NCBI GenBank assembly: GCA_964490105.1
Contig: CAZAZU010000001.1
Coordinates: 227,804 to 291,803, forward strand
Direction: 5' to 3'
Length of the DNA: 64,000 bases
Source of the DNA: an uncultured Gammaproteobacteria bacterium
GTDB lineage: Bacteria > Patescibacteriota > Microgenomatia > Levybacterales > UBA12049
The notes under the pieces are model-generated. The model was not told where the DNA came from. It saw nothing but the letters and a program-made list of their open reading frames with translations, and did no database searches. The translations under genes were made by a program, and so were the position numbers. Positions 48,216-57,900 of the stretch are shown piece by piece. Numbering within the stretch: the stretch's first letter is position 1; every line of letters starts with the position of its first letter.

Positions 48216-48653
48216 TTATTGAGCTCGAGGAATTATGAGCTTCATGCCTGGAGCGATGTTATCAGGATTATTTTCTAGTCCGTTTGCTCTTGCGATATCC
48301 ATCCATTTAAATCCGTCTCCATAAAACTTAACTGCCACATCCCAAAGACCTTCTCCCTCCTGGAGAGTATAGGTCATTTGATCAACCGGTGCTTCGAGTT
48401 GCGGAATATCTTTTTCATCGATTATAGGTGTTGTCCCTTCAAGGCCGCTGTTTTTAACAAATAAAAAGAATACAACGGATATTCCCAAAACTACAACCGC
48501 ACCTAGCACTAATGAAATATATGATTCGCTAAGTTTTAGCTGTGTTGAAATGTCTTTTGCAAATTTATTTTTTTGAGTAGGAGCTTCCAATCGCTCTGAA
48601 GCTTTAATGTTTTTTTTGGTAACTTTTTTTGTAGATCTTTTTTTTGCTGCCAT
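48216..48653 (-). CDS. LysM-domain membrane protein
   Basis: Basic N-terminus and TM helix. C-terminal LysM 'YTLQEGEGLWDVAVKFYGDGFKWMDIARANGLENNPDNIAPGMKLIIP'. Confidence 0.6.
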   Translation of the reverse strand: MAAKKRSTKKVTKKNIKASERLEAPTQKNKFAKDISTQLKLSESYISLVLGAVVVLGISVVFFLFVKNSGLEGTTPIIDEKDIPQLEAPVDQMTYTLQEGEGLWDVAVKFYGDGFKWMDIARANGLENNPDNIAPGMKLIIPRAQ

Positions 48654-48772
48654 GATTACATTGATAATCCAAGTATATCACATCAGTCAATATAGCCTAA
48701 TTGCGTCAAACTACCTCATCTGTTAAAATACAAAACTAGCCATTAGCTATAAGCATTTAGCCATTAGCAAAT

Positions 48773-48848
48773 GGGGTGGTAGCTCAGTTTTGGTTAGAGC
48801 GCTTCCCTGTCACGGAAGAGGTCGCGGGTTCGAGTCCCGTCCACCCCG
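48773..48848 (+). tRNA. tRNA-Asp (anticodon GUC); 3' CCA encoded (48849-48851)
   Basis: Manual cloverleaf: GGGGTGG acceptor, anticodon loop CTGTCAC, TTCGAGT T-loop, discriminator G then CCA. Confidence 0.85.
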
Positions 48849-48880
48849 CCAAAACCCAACGGTATATAATTACTACAACT

Positions 48881-50641
48881 GTGACTAATAAAGAAATTGC
48901 GCAGCTTTTTAGAGACGTAGCTGCTTCTTACTCCATAAAAAATGAGGCAAAATTTCGCTTTCAACTTCTTGCGTACCAAAATGCAGCTGATGCCATAGAA
49001 GGCTTATCTACTCAAGTTCATGATTTATATAAAGAAGGGAAACTTGATGATATTCCTGGCATTGGAAAAACTCTCAAAGAGAGACTTGAGGAACTTCTTG
49101 AAACGGGGAAAGTAAAACATTTCGAAGAAGTAATGAGGGGAATCCCAGAACCGGTTTTTTTACTAATGAAAGTGCCATCAATTGGTCCAAAGAAAGCATA
49201 TAGACTCGCGACAGAATTTAAGCTAAACAAAAACGAGACTGCTATTGATGATTTAAAGAAAGTTGGAGAAAAAGGAGAAATCGCCAAGCTGGAGGGTTTT
49301 GGAGAAAAATCCCAGTCAGATATTTTGAGGGCACTTGAGGAATACAAAAAAGGTTTTGGTAAAACTACCAAGATGCTTCTTCCCTATGCCGGAGAAATTG
49401 CCTCTGACATGCTTGATTACTTAAAGAGAGATAAAAATGTAAAAGAAGCACTACCATTAGGTTCCTTAAGACGCAGAAAACCTTTAGTGGGAGATATTGA
49501 TATCGCAGTTGTTAGTAACGATCCCGCAAAAACAATTGAGCATTTCACGAAATACCCTAGATCCAGCCGAATAATTGAAAGAGGACCTTCAGGGTCTTCC
49601 CTTCTTACAACTGGAGGCGCACAAATAGATCTTTTAGTTTTAGAACCAGTTCAATGGGGTTCACTCTTGCAGCATTTTACCGGCAGCAAAGATCACAACG
49701 TTCATCTTAGAGAACTAGCTCTTAAAAAGGGGCTTTCTCTAAATGAAAAAGGAATAAAAAATGTAAAAACAGAAAAAGTTAAAAAATTTTCCAAGGAAGA
49801 AGATTTTTACGAAGAATTAGGGATGGACTGGATTCCGCCTGAAATGCGAGAAGACTCTGGAGAAATTGAATTAGCTCTTGCACATAAATTACCAAAAATA
49901 ATTGACGTTAAAGACATAAAAGGAGATTTTCATCTTCATTCAAGTTTTCCAGTTGAACAGTCTCATGATCAAGGACAAAGCTCGATCGAAGAAATGACGC
50001 AAATGGCAAAAGACCTAGGCTACGAATATCTAGGTTTTTCCGAGCATAATCCTAGTCAATCAAAACATACTAAAGCGCAAATCGTATCTCTCCTAAAGAA
50101 AAGAAATGACGAAATAGACAGAGTTTCCAAAAAATTAAAACTTCCTATTTTTAAATTAATGGAAACAGATATTTTGCCCGACGGGTCTCTTGCGCTTCCA
50201 GATGAAGCTCTTGATGAATTAGATGGTTCAATTGTTTCAATTCACAGTGTTTTTAAAATGGATAAAGATCAGATGACTAAAAGAATCATAAAAGGGCTTT
50301 CACATCCAAAAGCTAAGATTCTTGCCCACCCCACAGGAAGACTGCTTAATGAGAGGAACGGTTACGAAGTAGATTTTGAAACATTATTCAAATTTTGCCG
50401 AGAAAATAATAAAGCTTTAGAAATTAATGCATATCCAAATAGATTGGACCTTGAAGGACCAGTTATCAGAATGGCAATTGAGGTTGGGGTCAAATTAACC
50501 ATAGACACTGACTCTCATGAAAAATCTCAAATGATGCTCATGCCTTATGGCGTATTTCAGGCTAGACGAGGATGGGCTAAAAAATCTGACATAATCAATT
50601 GCCAAAAACCAGAAGTTGTTGTAGAATGGTTTAAGTCATGA
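48881..50641 (+). CDS. polX: family X DNA polymerase with C-terminal PHP phosphoesterase domain (PolX)
   Basis: Pol-beta-like N-terminus 'EIAQLFRDVAASYSIKNE...FRFQLLAYQNAA'. HhH 'IPGIGKTLKERL'. Palm 'GSLRRRKPLVGDIDIAV'. PHP 'GDFHLHSSFP...SEHNP'. Start taken at GTG 48881, because the track ORF 48776 overlaps tRNA-Asp. Confidence 0.75.
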   Translation: MTNKEIAQLFRDVAASYSIKNEAKFRFQLLAYQNAADAIEGLSTQVHDLYKEGKLDDIPGIGKTLKERLEELLETGKVKHFEEVMRGIPEPVFLLMKVPSIGPKKAYRLATEFKLNKNETAIDDLKKVGEKGEIAKLEGFGEKSQSDILRALEEYKKGFGKTTKMLLPYAGEIASDMLDYLKRDKNVKEALPLGSLRRRKPLVGDIDIAVVSNDPAKTIEHFTKYPRSSRIIERGPSGSSLLTTGGAQIDLLVLEPVQWGSLLQHFTGSKDHNVHLRELALKKGLSLNEKGIKNVKTEKVKKFSKEEDFYEELGMDWIPPEMREDSGEIELALAHKLPKIIDVKDIKGDFHLHSSFPVEQSHDQGQSSIEEMTQMAKDLGYEYLGFSEHNPSQSKHTKAQIVSLLKKRNDEIDRVSKKLKLPIFKLMETDILPDGSLALPDEALDELDGSIVSIHSVFKMDKDQMTKRIIKGLSHPKAKILAHPTGRLLNERNGYEVDFETLFKFCRENNKALEINAYPNRLDLEGPVIRMAIEVGVKLTIDTDSHEKSQMMLMPYGVFQARRGWAKKSDIINCQKPEVVVEWFKS

Positions 50642-51189
50642 ATATAACAATAATTATCGCAGTAGTAATCGGAGCACTAGTTCTATTCGGTTTATACCTA
50701 TATAACTCTTTAATTGCTGCAAAACTCAGAGTTAATGAAGCTTTCTCCCAGATCGACGTTCAATTAAAAAGACGCACTGATCTTATTCCAAATCTTATCG
50801 AAACTGTTAAGGGATATGCTAAGCAGGAAAAAGACGTATTTACAAAAGTAACAGAGCTTAGATCTGACCTCATGAATGCAAAGACACCGGAGAAAAAAGC
50901 AGAAGCCAATAACATGCTTACTGATGCCCTTAAATCAGTATTTGCTGTTGCTGAGGCATACCCACAACTTAGATCAAGTGAAAACTTTAAAGCTCTCCAG
51001 GATGAACTTTCAGATACAGAAAATAAAATTGCATACTCAAGACAATTTTACAATTCAAATGTTTTGGACTACAACACAAAACTTCAAATCTTTCCAAACG
51101 TACTTTTTGCTAAAATCCTAAACTTCAAACCAGCAGAGTTCTTCGGAGCAACTGAAGAAGAGAAAAAAAACGTAAAAGTAAGCTTCTAA
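50638..51189 (+). CDS. lemA: LemA family protein
   Basis: N-terminal TM. 'KLRVNEAFSQIDVQLKRRTDLIPNLIETVKGYAKQEKDVF...AEAYPQLRSSENF'. Confidence 0.75.
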   Translation: MNITIIIAVVIGALVLFGLYLYNSLIAAKLRVNEAFSQIDVQLKRRTDLIPNLIETVKGYAKQEKDVFTKVTELRSDLMNAKTPEKKAEANNMLTDALKSVFAVAEAYPQLRSSENFKALQDELSDTENKIAYSRQFYNSNVLDYNTKLQIFPNVLFAKILNFKPAEFFGATEEEKKNVKVSF

Positions 51190-51193
51190 TTCT

Positions 51194-52081
51194 ATGAACA
51201 TCTACGGTGCTATTTCAGCAAACAAGTGGAAAACTTGGATAATCATGAGTTTATTTGTGGTTTTTATTGCCACATTAGTCTACGTCATGAGTAAGGCATT
51301 TGGGCTTGATGCACTTTCAATCACAGGAATTTCCTTGGTACTTGCTGGATTTATGAGCATTGGAAGTTTTTATTATTCTGACAAGCTCGTTATTGCTACA
51401 TCCGGAGCTAAGCTTATCAAAAAAGAGGAATATCCTAAGTTTTACAGAACAGTCGAAAATCTTGCAATCGGCGCTGGCCTTCCACTTCCTAAAATTTACG
51501 TAATTAATGATGCTTCTCCGAATGCATTTGCGACTGGACGTGACCCAAAACATGCAGTTGTAGCAGCTAGTACAGGCCTCTTAGACATAATGACTGATGC
51601 AGAATTAGAAGGCGTAATTGCCCACGAGCTTTCCCACATTAAAAATTATGATATAAGACTCGCCGGAGTTATCGCAGTGCTTGTAGGATTTGTAGCTATT
51701 CTTTCAGATTTATTTATCAGAATGACTTTCTTTAGAGATTCGGATAATAATAAAGGTAACGCAATATTTCTCGTTATCGCGATTGTTCTTGCAATTCTCT
51801 CTCCAATCGCAGCCTCTTTAATTCACTTAGCAGTCTCCCGAAAAAGAGAATTATTAGCTGATGCATCAGGAGTACTTTTAACAAGATACCCCGAAGGATT
51901 AGCCTCAGCATTAGAAAAACTGAAAAACGACCATACTCCTCCAAAAGCAGCAAGCAATGCTACTGCGCATTTATTTATAGAAAATCCTTTTGATAATAAA
52001 AAAGTTAAAAATATGTTTACGGGACTTTTTAACACCCATCCCCCACTCGAAGAACGCATCAAAATCCTCCGCTCAATGTAG
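51194..52081 (+). CDS. htpX: M48 zinc protease HtpX
   Basis: 'HELSHIKNYD' HExxH. Four TM helices. C-terminal 'NTHPPLEERI'. Confidence 0.8.
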   Translation: MNIYGAISANKWKTWIIMSLFVVFIATLVYVMSKAFGLDALSITGISLVLAGFMSIGSFYYSDKLVIATSGAKLIKKEEYPKFYRTVENLAIGAGLPLPKIYVINDASPNAFATGRDPKHAVVAASTGLLDIMTDAELEGVIAHELSHIKNYDIRLAGVIAVLVGFVAILSDLFIRMTFFRDSDNNKGNAIFLVIAIVLAILSPIAASLIHLAVSRKRELLADASGVLLTRYPEGLASALEKLKNDHTPPKAASNATAHLFIENPFDNKKVKNMFTGLFNTHPPLEERIKILRSM

Positions 52082-52117
52082 TTATCATTTCTTTCAGATG
52101 ATAGAATAAATCTATCA

Positions 52118-53398
52118 ATGAACTTTTTGCTTATTTTTTTTGGTAAAACTTTTATTTATTTGAGCCGTCTTTTTAATCTTGGGAATGGATCCACATGGCC
52201 AGGTCATATCGCTTTAAAACTAAATCCAAATTTTATAAAACAGGTTTTATCTAAATCTAAAATTAAAATTGTAATAATTGCTGGAACTAACGGCAAAACC
52301 ACCACCGGAACTTTGATCTCACACGTTTTTACTTCTGCTAATAAATCTGTCATTCATAATGCCAGCGGAGCAAATTTACTAAATGGTCTGGCTTCTACTC
52401 TAATTAACAATTCAACTGGAGTTAAACTCACCCAGGATTATTTAATTTTTGAGTGCGACGAAAACGCACTCCCTGAAATTATCAAACACACAAATCCCGA
52501 CTATGTTATTTGCCTAAATCTTTTCCGAGATCAATTAGACAGATATGGCGAGATTAATTCTATTACTAAGAGATGGTCTGAATCATTCAAAAATTTAAAC
52601 TCAAAGACTACACTTATTTTAAATTCAGACGATCCTCAAATTTCTTATCTTGGCAAAAATACAAAAGCACACATAAAATACTTTGGATTAGAAAAAACCC
52701 ATTCGACAAACACAGGGCCAGCACATGGCGCTGATTCAATTTTTTGCCCAAAGTGCTCTGAAAGACTTGATTTTGAAAAAGTATTTTTTTCCCATCTTGG
52801 GATCTGGAAATGTCCGAAATGCCATTTAAAACGCACTATTCCAGATTTAAACGAATCAAAGGTGTATCCGCTACCCGGGACTTACAATAAATACAATACA
52901 ATTGCTTCTTCCCTGCTTCTCAAGCAAGAAGATGTCTCAAACCAGATAATCGAAGACGCATTTAATAGATTTTCTCCGGCTTTCGGAAGAGGAGAAAAAG
53001 TAGTTTACAAGGGAAAACATATTCAAATATTTTTATCGAAAAATCCAACTAGTTTTAATGAATCTTTGTCTACAATTAAAACACTAGGAGGAAAAGATCT
53101 TGTAATTCTTTTAAATGACAGGATCCCTGACGGACTTGATGTAAGCTGGATTTGGGATGTTAACTTTGAAGAAATCTTAGAAAAAGAAATGAACATAGGA
53201 GTCTCGGGAGACAGAACCTATGATATGGCAATCCGCCTTAAATACGCTGGATTCTTCGCTCACCATAATGAAAATCCCGAGACTATTATTAATACGATGT
53301 TAGATTCACTTGAATCAGATGAAATATTATATATTTTACCTAACTACTCAGCAATGCTAGAGATCAGAAAACTATTAACTGGTAAAAAAATCTTATGA
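52118..53398 (+). CDS. murT: lipid II isoglutaminyl synthase, Mur-ligase subunit MurT
   Basis: Mur-ligase 'IAGTNGKTTT'. MurT-type CxxC...CxxC 'CPKCSERL...CPKCH'. C-terminal DUF1727-like region. 4-nt overlap with the following gatD. Confidence 0.7.
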   Translation: MNFLLIFFGKTFIYLSRLFNLGNGSTWPGHIALKLNPNFIKQVLSKSKIKIVIIAGTNGKTTTGTLISHVFTSANKSVIHNASGANLLNGLASTLINNSTGVKLTQDYLIFECDENALPEIIKHTNPDYVICLNLFRDQLDRYGEINSITKRWSESFKNLNSKTTLILNSDDPQISYLGKNTKAHIKYFGLEKTHSTNTGPAHGADSIFCPKCSERLDFEKVFFSHLGIWKCPKCHLKRTIPDLNESKVYPLPGTYNKYNTIASSLLLKQEDVSNQIIEDAFNRFSPAFGRGEKVVYKGKHIQIFLSKNPTSFNESLSTIKTLGGKDLVILLNDRIPDGLDVSWIWDVNFEEILEKEMNIGVSGDRTYDMAIRLKYAGFFAHHNENPETIINTMLDSLESDEILYILPNYSAMLEIRKLLTGKKIL

Positions 53399-54126
53399 AG
53401 CAAAAACTAATTATCGGCTGGCTGTATCCGCAGCTTATGAATATCTACGGAGACCGAGGCAACATAATTACTTTAGTCAAACGTACCGAGTGGCGCGGAA
53501 TAAAGACGGAGGTTAAAAGCTTAAACCCTGGATTCTCTGACACAGAGTTAAAGTCCTGTGATTTACTCGTTATGGGCGGCGCTCAAGACAAACAGCAAGA
53601 AATAGTAAATGAAGACTTAAGGCTTCATCATAAAACGCTTTCGGAAATGATAGACAACAACACTCCTGGTCTATTTGTATGCGGAGGATTTCAATTCTTA
53701 GGAAATTATTATAAAGAGGCAGATGGGTCCATAATTGACGGCTTAGGAATCTTTGACTTAAATACCCAAAACCCTGGTGAGAGTGAAAAAAGACTAATTG
53801 GGAACATCGCAATTACGCCAAATATCGAGGGGTTAAGTAAACCTATTGTGGGGTTTGAGAACCATGGAGGAAGGACTATTCTTGGAGCAAATGTTAAACC
53901 CTTAGGCTCAGTCATTAAAGGCCATGGAAACAATGATGATGGTACAGAAGGCGCTATTTACAAGAATAGTTTTGGGACATACCTCCACGGCCCGATTTTT
54001 CCTAAAAATCCTCATTTTGCAGATCATCTTCTAAAACTTGCTCTTGAAACAAACGATCTGGACCCGCTCGATGATAAATTGGAACTTCAGGCCCACTCTA
54101 ATATCCTAAAACTTCTTGGTGTCTGA
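53395..54126 (+). CDS. gatD: lipid II isoglutaminyl synthase, glutaminase subunit GatD (CobB/CobQ-like GATase)
   Basis: 'LVMGGAQDKQQ', 'VCGGFQFLGNYY' (catalytic Cys), 'GTYLHGP'. Translationally coupled to murT. Confidence 0.7.
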   Translation: MKQKLIIGWLYPQLMNIYGDRGNIITLVKRTEWRGIKTEVKSLNPGFSDTELKSCDLLVMGGAQDKQQEIVNEDLRLHHKTLSEMIDNNTPGLFVCGGFQFLGNYYKEADGSIIDGLGIFDLNTQNPGESEKRLIGNIAITPNIEGLSKPIVGFENHGGRTILGANVKPLGSVIKGHGNNDDGTEGAIYKNSFGTYLHGPIFPKNPHFADHLLKLALETNDLDPLDDKLELQAHSNILKLLGV

Positions 54127-54202
54127 TATATCGATGTATCGATATATGATGCGATAAATGCATTTGTTGAATAGAGAAGACTCTTAGAATATAATTATCC
54201 TC

Positions 54203-54487
54203 ATGAAGTTTGATATCGCTCATGTTGCAAAACTCGCAAATCTATCGTTAACCGACGAGGAAAAAAGTAAATTCGAAAAACAACTTGAAGAAACTGTTGA
54301 CTACATCGAAGGCTTAAGCGAAGTCGATACACAAGGTGTAGAACCAATCTCTCAGGTTACAGGACTTGAGAATATTACCCGTGAAGATGAAGTCACGCCC
54401 TCCTTATCCCAGGAAGAAGCACTAAAAAATGCAAAATCAACTCACAAAGGCTACTTTAAGGTGAAGGGAATTTTAAACAGTGAATAA
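54203..54487 (+). CDS. gatC: Asp-tRNA(Asn)/Glu-tRNA(Gln) amidotransferase subunit C
   Basis: 'VAKLANLSLTDEEKSKFEKQLEETVDYIEGL'. Confidence 0.75.
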   Translation: MKFDIAHVAKLANLSLTDEEKSKFEKQLEETVDYIEGLSEVDTQGVEPISQVTGLENITREDEVTPSLSQEEALKNAKSTHKGYFKVKGILNSE

Positions 54488-55088
54488 CCCTGCAACCTTT
54501 TACATAGTCAGACATTCTGAAACTGACTGGAACGTAAAGCATTTAATGCAGGGTCATTCAGACTCTCAACTTACATCAAAAGGGGTTAAAGATTCAGAGA
54601 AATTGGCAAAAAAATTAAAACCCATAAAATTTGATCTGATATTTTCTTCTGATCTATCGAGAGCAAGGCGAACCGCTGAAGCAATCTCATTAGATAGAGA
54701 TATTGCGATAAAAACAACAGAACTCATTAGAGAAAGAAGATATGGTGAATTTGAGGGTAAACATAATTCAGAATACGAAGTCGTAAATGAAGCGCTTGAT
54801 AAATTGTCAGAAGAACAGAGATATACCTACAAACATTCGCCAGGAATAGAAAGCGATGAAGAAGTTGTAACTAGATTTTTAACTTTTATTCGAGAGGTTG
54901 CCGTCGCTAATCCGGGCAAGACTATTCTGGCCGTAAGTCATGGCGGTATAATGCGTGCTTTTATGAAAAAACTTGGATTAAAAAATACTATCCGAGGAGG
55001 AGTTCGAAACAACGCTTATATAAAACTTGAAACAGACGGTGTAGAATTTGAAATTAAAGAAACTAGCGGAATTACATTCTCAGATTAA
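54480..55088 (+). CDS. histidine phosphatase family protein (phosphoglycerate-mutase-like)
   Basis: 'FYIVRHSETDWN' RHG motif. C-terminal 'VSHGGIMRAF'. Overlaps gatC by 8 nt. Confidence 0.65.
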   Translation: MNNPATFYIVRHSETDWNVKHLMQGHSDSQLTSKGVKDSEKLAKKLKPIKFDLIFSSDLSRARRTAEAISLDRDIAIKTTELIRERRYGEFEGKHNSEYEVVNEALDKLSEEQRYTYKHSPGIESDEEVVTRFLTFIREVAVANPGKTILAVSHGGIMRAFMKKLGLKNTIRGGVRNNAYIKLETDGVEFEIKETSGITFSD

Positions 55089-55089
55089 T

Positions 55090-56520
55090 ATGTTAAATAA
55101 ATTAAATCTAAAACAAGCTAGAGAAGGTCTAAAAAATAAAGATTTTTCTTCGGTTGAAATTACAAAAGCATGTCTAGACAGAATCAAGGCTACTGATGAT
55201 AAATTAAATGTATTTGTAACATTAACAGAAAATGAAGCATTAAAAAGTGCAGGAGAAGCAGATAAATTATTAGCCTCACAAGGGGACGCCTTGCAAGACT
55301 ATCCCCTCCTGGGGATTCCTATCGCTGTCAAAGATAATTTTTCCACACTTGGAATCAAAACTACAGCTTCGGCAAAAGTGTTAGAGAGCTATATTCCCCC
55401 ATTTGATTCAACAGTTGTAAAAAAATTAAAAGAAGCAGGCATGATAATGCTTGGAAAAACAAATATGGACGCATGGGCTCATGGATCAAGCACTGAAACA
55501 TCTGACTACGGTTCCACAAAAAACCCTTGGAATATTGAACATTTGCCCGGTGGTTCTTCAGGCGGTTCAGCAGCTTCAGTTGCTGCAGATCAATGCATAG
55601 TTTCAATCGGTTCTGAAACTGCGGGTTCGATCAGACAACCGGCTTCCTGGTGCGGAGTAGTAGGCCTTAAACCTACATATGGCAGAGTTAGCAGATATGG
55701 AGTGGCAGCCATGGGGTCAAGTCTTGATTCTCCAGGACCTATTTCGAAAACTGTAGAAGATTCAGCACTAATCTTAGAAATATTAGCAGGTCAAGATAAA
55801 ATGGATGCAACTACTTCCCCAAAAAATGTGCCCGAATATACAAAAAATCTAGAATCAAGCTTTAAGGATCTGGTAATTGGAGTTTCCGATGAATATTTCA
55901 TAGAAGGTCTCGATCCTGAGGTTGAAAAAGCTGTAAAAGAAGCAATAAGTAAACTAGAAAAAATGGGAGCGAAAATTGAGAAAATCAAGCTTTTTGACCC
56001 TAAATATGCAATAGATGTTTACACAATAATTCAGAGATCTGAAGTAAGCTCTAACCTAGCAAGATATGACGGGATTAGATACGGAAATGATAGATCTGCT
56101 TTTGGTGAAGAGGCTAAAAGAAGAATAATGTTTGGAACGCATGCGCTTTCCTCAGGTTATTATGATCAGTATTATAATAAGGCTTCAAAAGTAAGACGTG
56201 TTATCGTAAACGATTTCAAAAAAGCTTTTGAAAAAGTACAAGTAATTATTGCTCCTACTTCCCCATCCCTAGCTCTACCTGTTGGAGCAAGTAAAAATGC
56301 TGCAATGTTTGGAGAACTAGCTGATGTTCTTGTGGAACCGTCTTCAATTGCAGGCCTATCTGGTATAAATATCCCCGTTGGTTTTTCCTCATCCAACCTT
56401 CCTATCGGCATGCAAATCATAGGTCCTCAGTGGGGTGAAGAAAAAGTTATCCAGACTGCTTATAAATATGAGCAAGAAACTCAAGATGAAGAATGGAGAC
56501 AGAAAACTCCAGACTTATGA
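55090..56520 (+). CDS. gatA: Glu-tRNA(Gln)/Asp-tRNA(Asn) amidotransferase subunit A (amidase)
   Basis: Amidase signature 'GGSSGGSAASVAA', 'GSETAGSIRQPASWCGVVGLKPTYG'. Start taken at MLNKLNLKQAREGL. The track ORF starts at 55048 inside the previous gene. Confidence 0.9.
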   Translation: MLNKLNLKQAREGLKNKDFSSVEITKACLDRIKATDDKLNVFVTLTENEALKSAGEADKLLASQGDALQDYPLLGIPIAVKDNFSTLGIKTTASAKVLESYIPPFDSTVVKKLKEAGMIMLGKTNMDAWAHGSSTETSDYGSTKNPWNIEHLPGGSSGGSAASVAADQCIVSIGSETAGSIRQPASWCGVVGLKPTYGRVSRYGVAAMGSSLDSPGPISKTVEDSALILEILAGQDKMDATTSPKNVPEYTKNLESSFKDLVIGVSDEYFIEGLDPEVEKAVKEAISKLEKMGAKIEKIKLFDPKYAIDVYTIIQRSEVSSNLARYDGIRYGNDRSAFGEEAKRRIMFGTHALSSGYYDQYYNKASKVRRVIVNDFKKAFEKVQVIIAPTSPSLALPVGASKNAAMFGELADVLVEPSSIAGLSGINIPVGFSSSNLPIGMQIIGPQWGEEKVIQTAYKYEQETQDEEWRQKTPDL

Positions 56521-56576
56521 TTTAAGAATTATGAATTATGATTTCATTGAAAATTTAAAATTAAAAATTGTAAATT

Positions 56577-57899
56577 ATGAGTAAATATACTCCAGTAATT
56601 GGACTTGAAGTACACGTTGAGCTGAAAACAAAATCAAAAATGTTTTGCGGCTGTGATGCTTCTTATTTTGGCAAAGAACCGAATACTCACACTTGCCCGG
56701 TTTGCTTGGGTCTTCCTGGAGCGCTTCCTGTTCCAAATAAAAAGGCGATTGAATGGTGCATAATGATCGGACTCGCACTAAATTGTAAAATCCCTGACTT
56801 TTCTAAGTTTGACCGTAAAAATTATTTCTATCCGGATCTTGCTAAAGGTTATCAGATTTCTCAATATGATCTCCCTTTTGCAGAAAAAGGCTACATAGAG
56901 CTATCAAGTGGCAAAAGAATTGGTATAACACGTGTCCACATGGAAGAAGATACCGGAAAACTGTCCCATGAAACAGTGGACGGAGAAAAAGTGAGCTTAA
57001 TTGATTTCAATCGCTCTGGTGTACCACTCGTGGAAATAGTAACTGAACCAGATTTTGACAATGCAAATGACGTAAAAGAATATCTGCAACGCCTTCAGCA
57101 AATTGTCAGATATTTAGATGTATCTAATGCAGACATGGAGCGGGGAGACATGAGGCTTGAGCCGAATATTTCTCTTAGACGTGAGGGCCAAACTGAGCTA
57201 CCAAACTACAAAGTTGAGGTAAAAAATATTAATTCGTTTAATTTTGTCGGAAAAGCCATAGAATTTGAGATTAAAAGACATACGGAAATTCTGGATAAAG
57301 GAGAGACCCCTGCACAGGAAACCCGCGGATTTGTGGAGAGCTCAAGCTCCACCGTATCTCAAAGATCTAAAGAAGACGCTAAGGACTATAGATATTTCCC
57401 AGAGCCCGACATTCCCCCATTTAGATTTAGTGAGGAATATATCGAAAGCATAGAATGCCAAATTCCTGAACTGCCTCATGTAAAAATTAAAAGATTTATA
57501 GATACTTATGCGCTATCTGATTACGATGCAGAAATTCTGACAAGAGATAGATTTACCGCAGAGTTTTTTGACAAAGCTTCAAATCTCGCCCAGGAGCAAG
57601 ACGTGAAAAGAAAAGATCTGGCAAATTACATTATTAATAAAAAACCAGATCTCTCAAAATTAACCCCAGAAGAATTAGTAAAAGCAGTCGCGACATCAAA
57701 CCAAGTAGCAGACGTGGATGAAGCTAAATTAGATGAAATAATAGATAAAGTCCTAAAGGAGCAAGCTAAAGCAGTTACAGACTTCAAAAGTGGCAAAGAA
57801 ACCGTTATAATGTTCTTAGTTGGCCAAGTTATGCGCCAATTCCCTGAAAAAATTGATGCAGGGAAAGTTAAGGCGAGTTTACTCGCGAAATTAAAATAA
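56577..57899 (+). CDS. gatB: Asp-tRNA(Asn)/Glu-tRNA(Gln) amidotransferase subunit B
   Basis: 'VIGLEVHVELKTKSKMFCGC', 'CPVCLGLPGALPV', 'RVHMEEDTGK'. C-terminal YqeY-like helical domain. Confidence 0.9.
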   Translation: MSKYTPVIGLEVHVELKTKSKMFCGCDASYFGKEPNTHTCPVCLGLPGALPVPNKKAIEWCIMIGLALNCKIPDFSKFDRKNYFYPDLAKGYQISQYDLPFAEKGYIELSSGKRIGITRVHMEEDTGKLSHETVDGEKVSLIDFNRSGVPLVEIVTEPDFDNANDVKEYLQRLQQIVRYLDVSNADMERGDMRLEPNISLRREGQTELPNYKVEVKNINSFNFVGKAIEFEIKRHTEILDKGETPAQETRGFVESSSSTVSQRSKEDAKDYRYFPEPDIPPFRFSEEYIESIECQIPELPHVKIKRFIDTYALSDYDAEILTRDRFTAEFFDKASNLAQEQDVKRKDLANYIINKKPDLSKLTPEELVKAVATSNQVADVDEAKLDEIIDKVLKEQAKAVTDFKSGKETVIMFLVGQVMRQFPEKIDAGKVKASLLAKLK

Positions 57900-57900
57900 T

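Noticed and set aside
48776-48880. Track ORF start of polX at 48776 overlapping tRNA-Asp
   Set aside because: The first ~35 codons are the tRNA-Asp sequence read in frame. The Pol X homology starts around GTG 48881.
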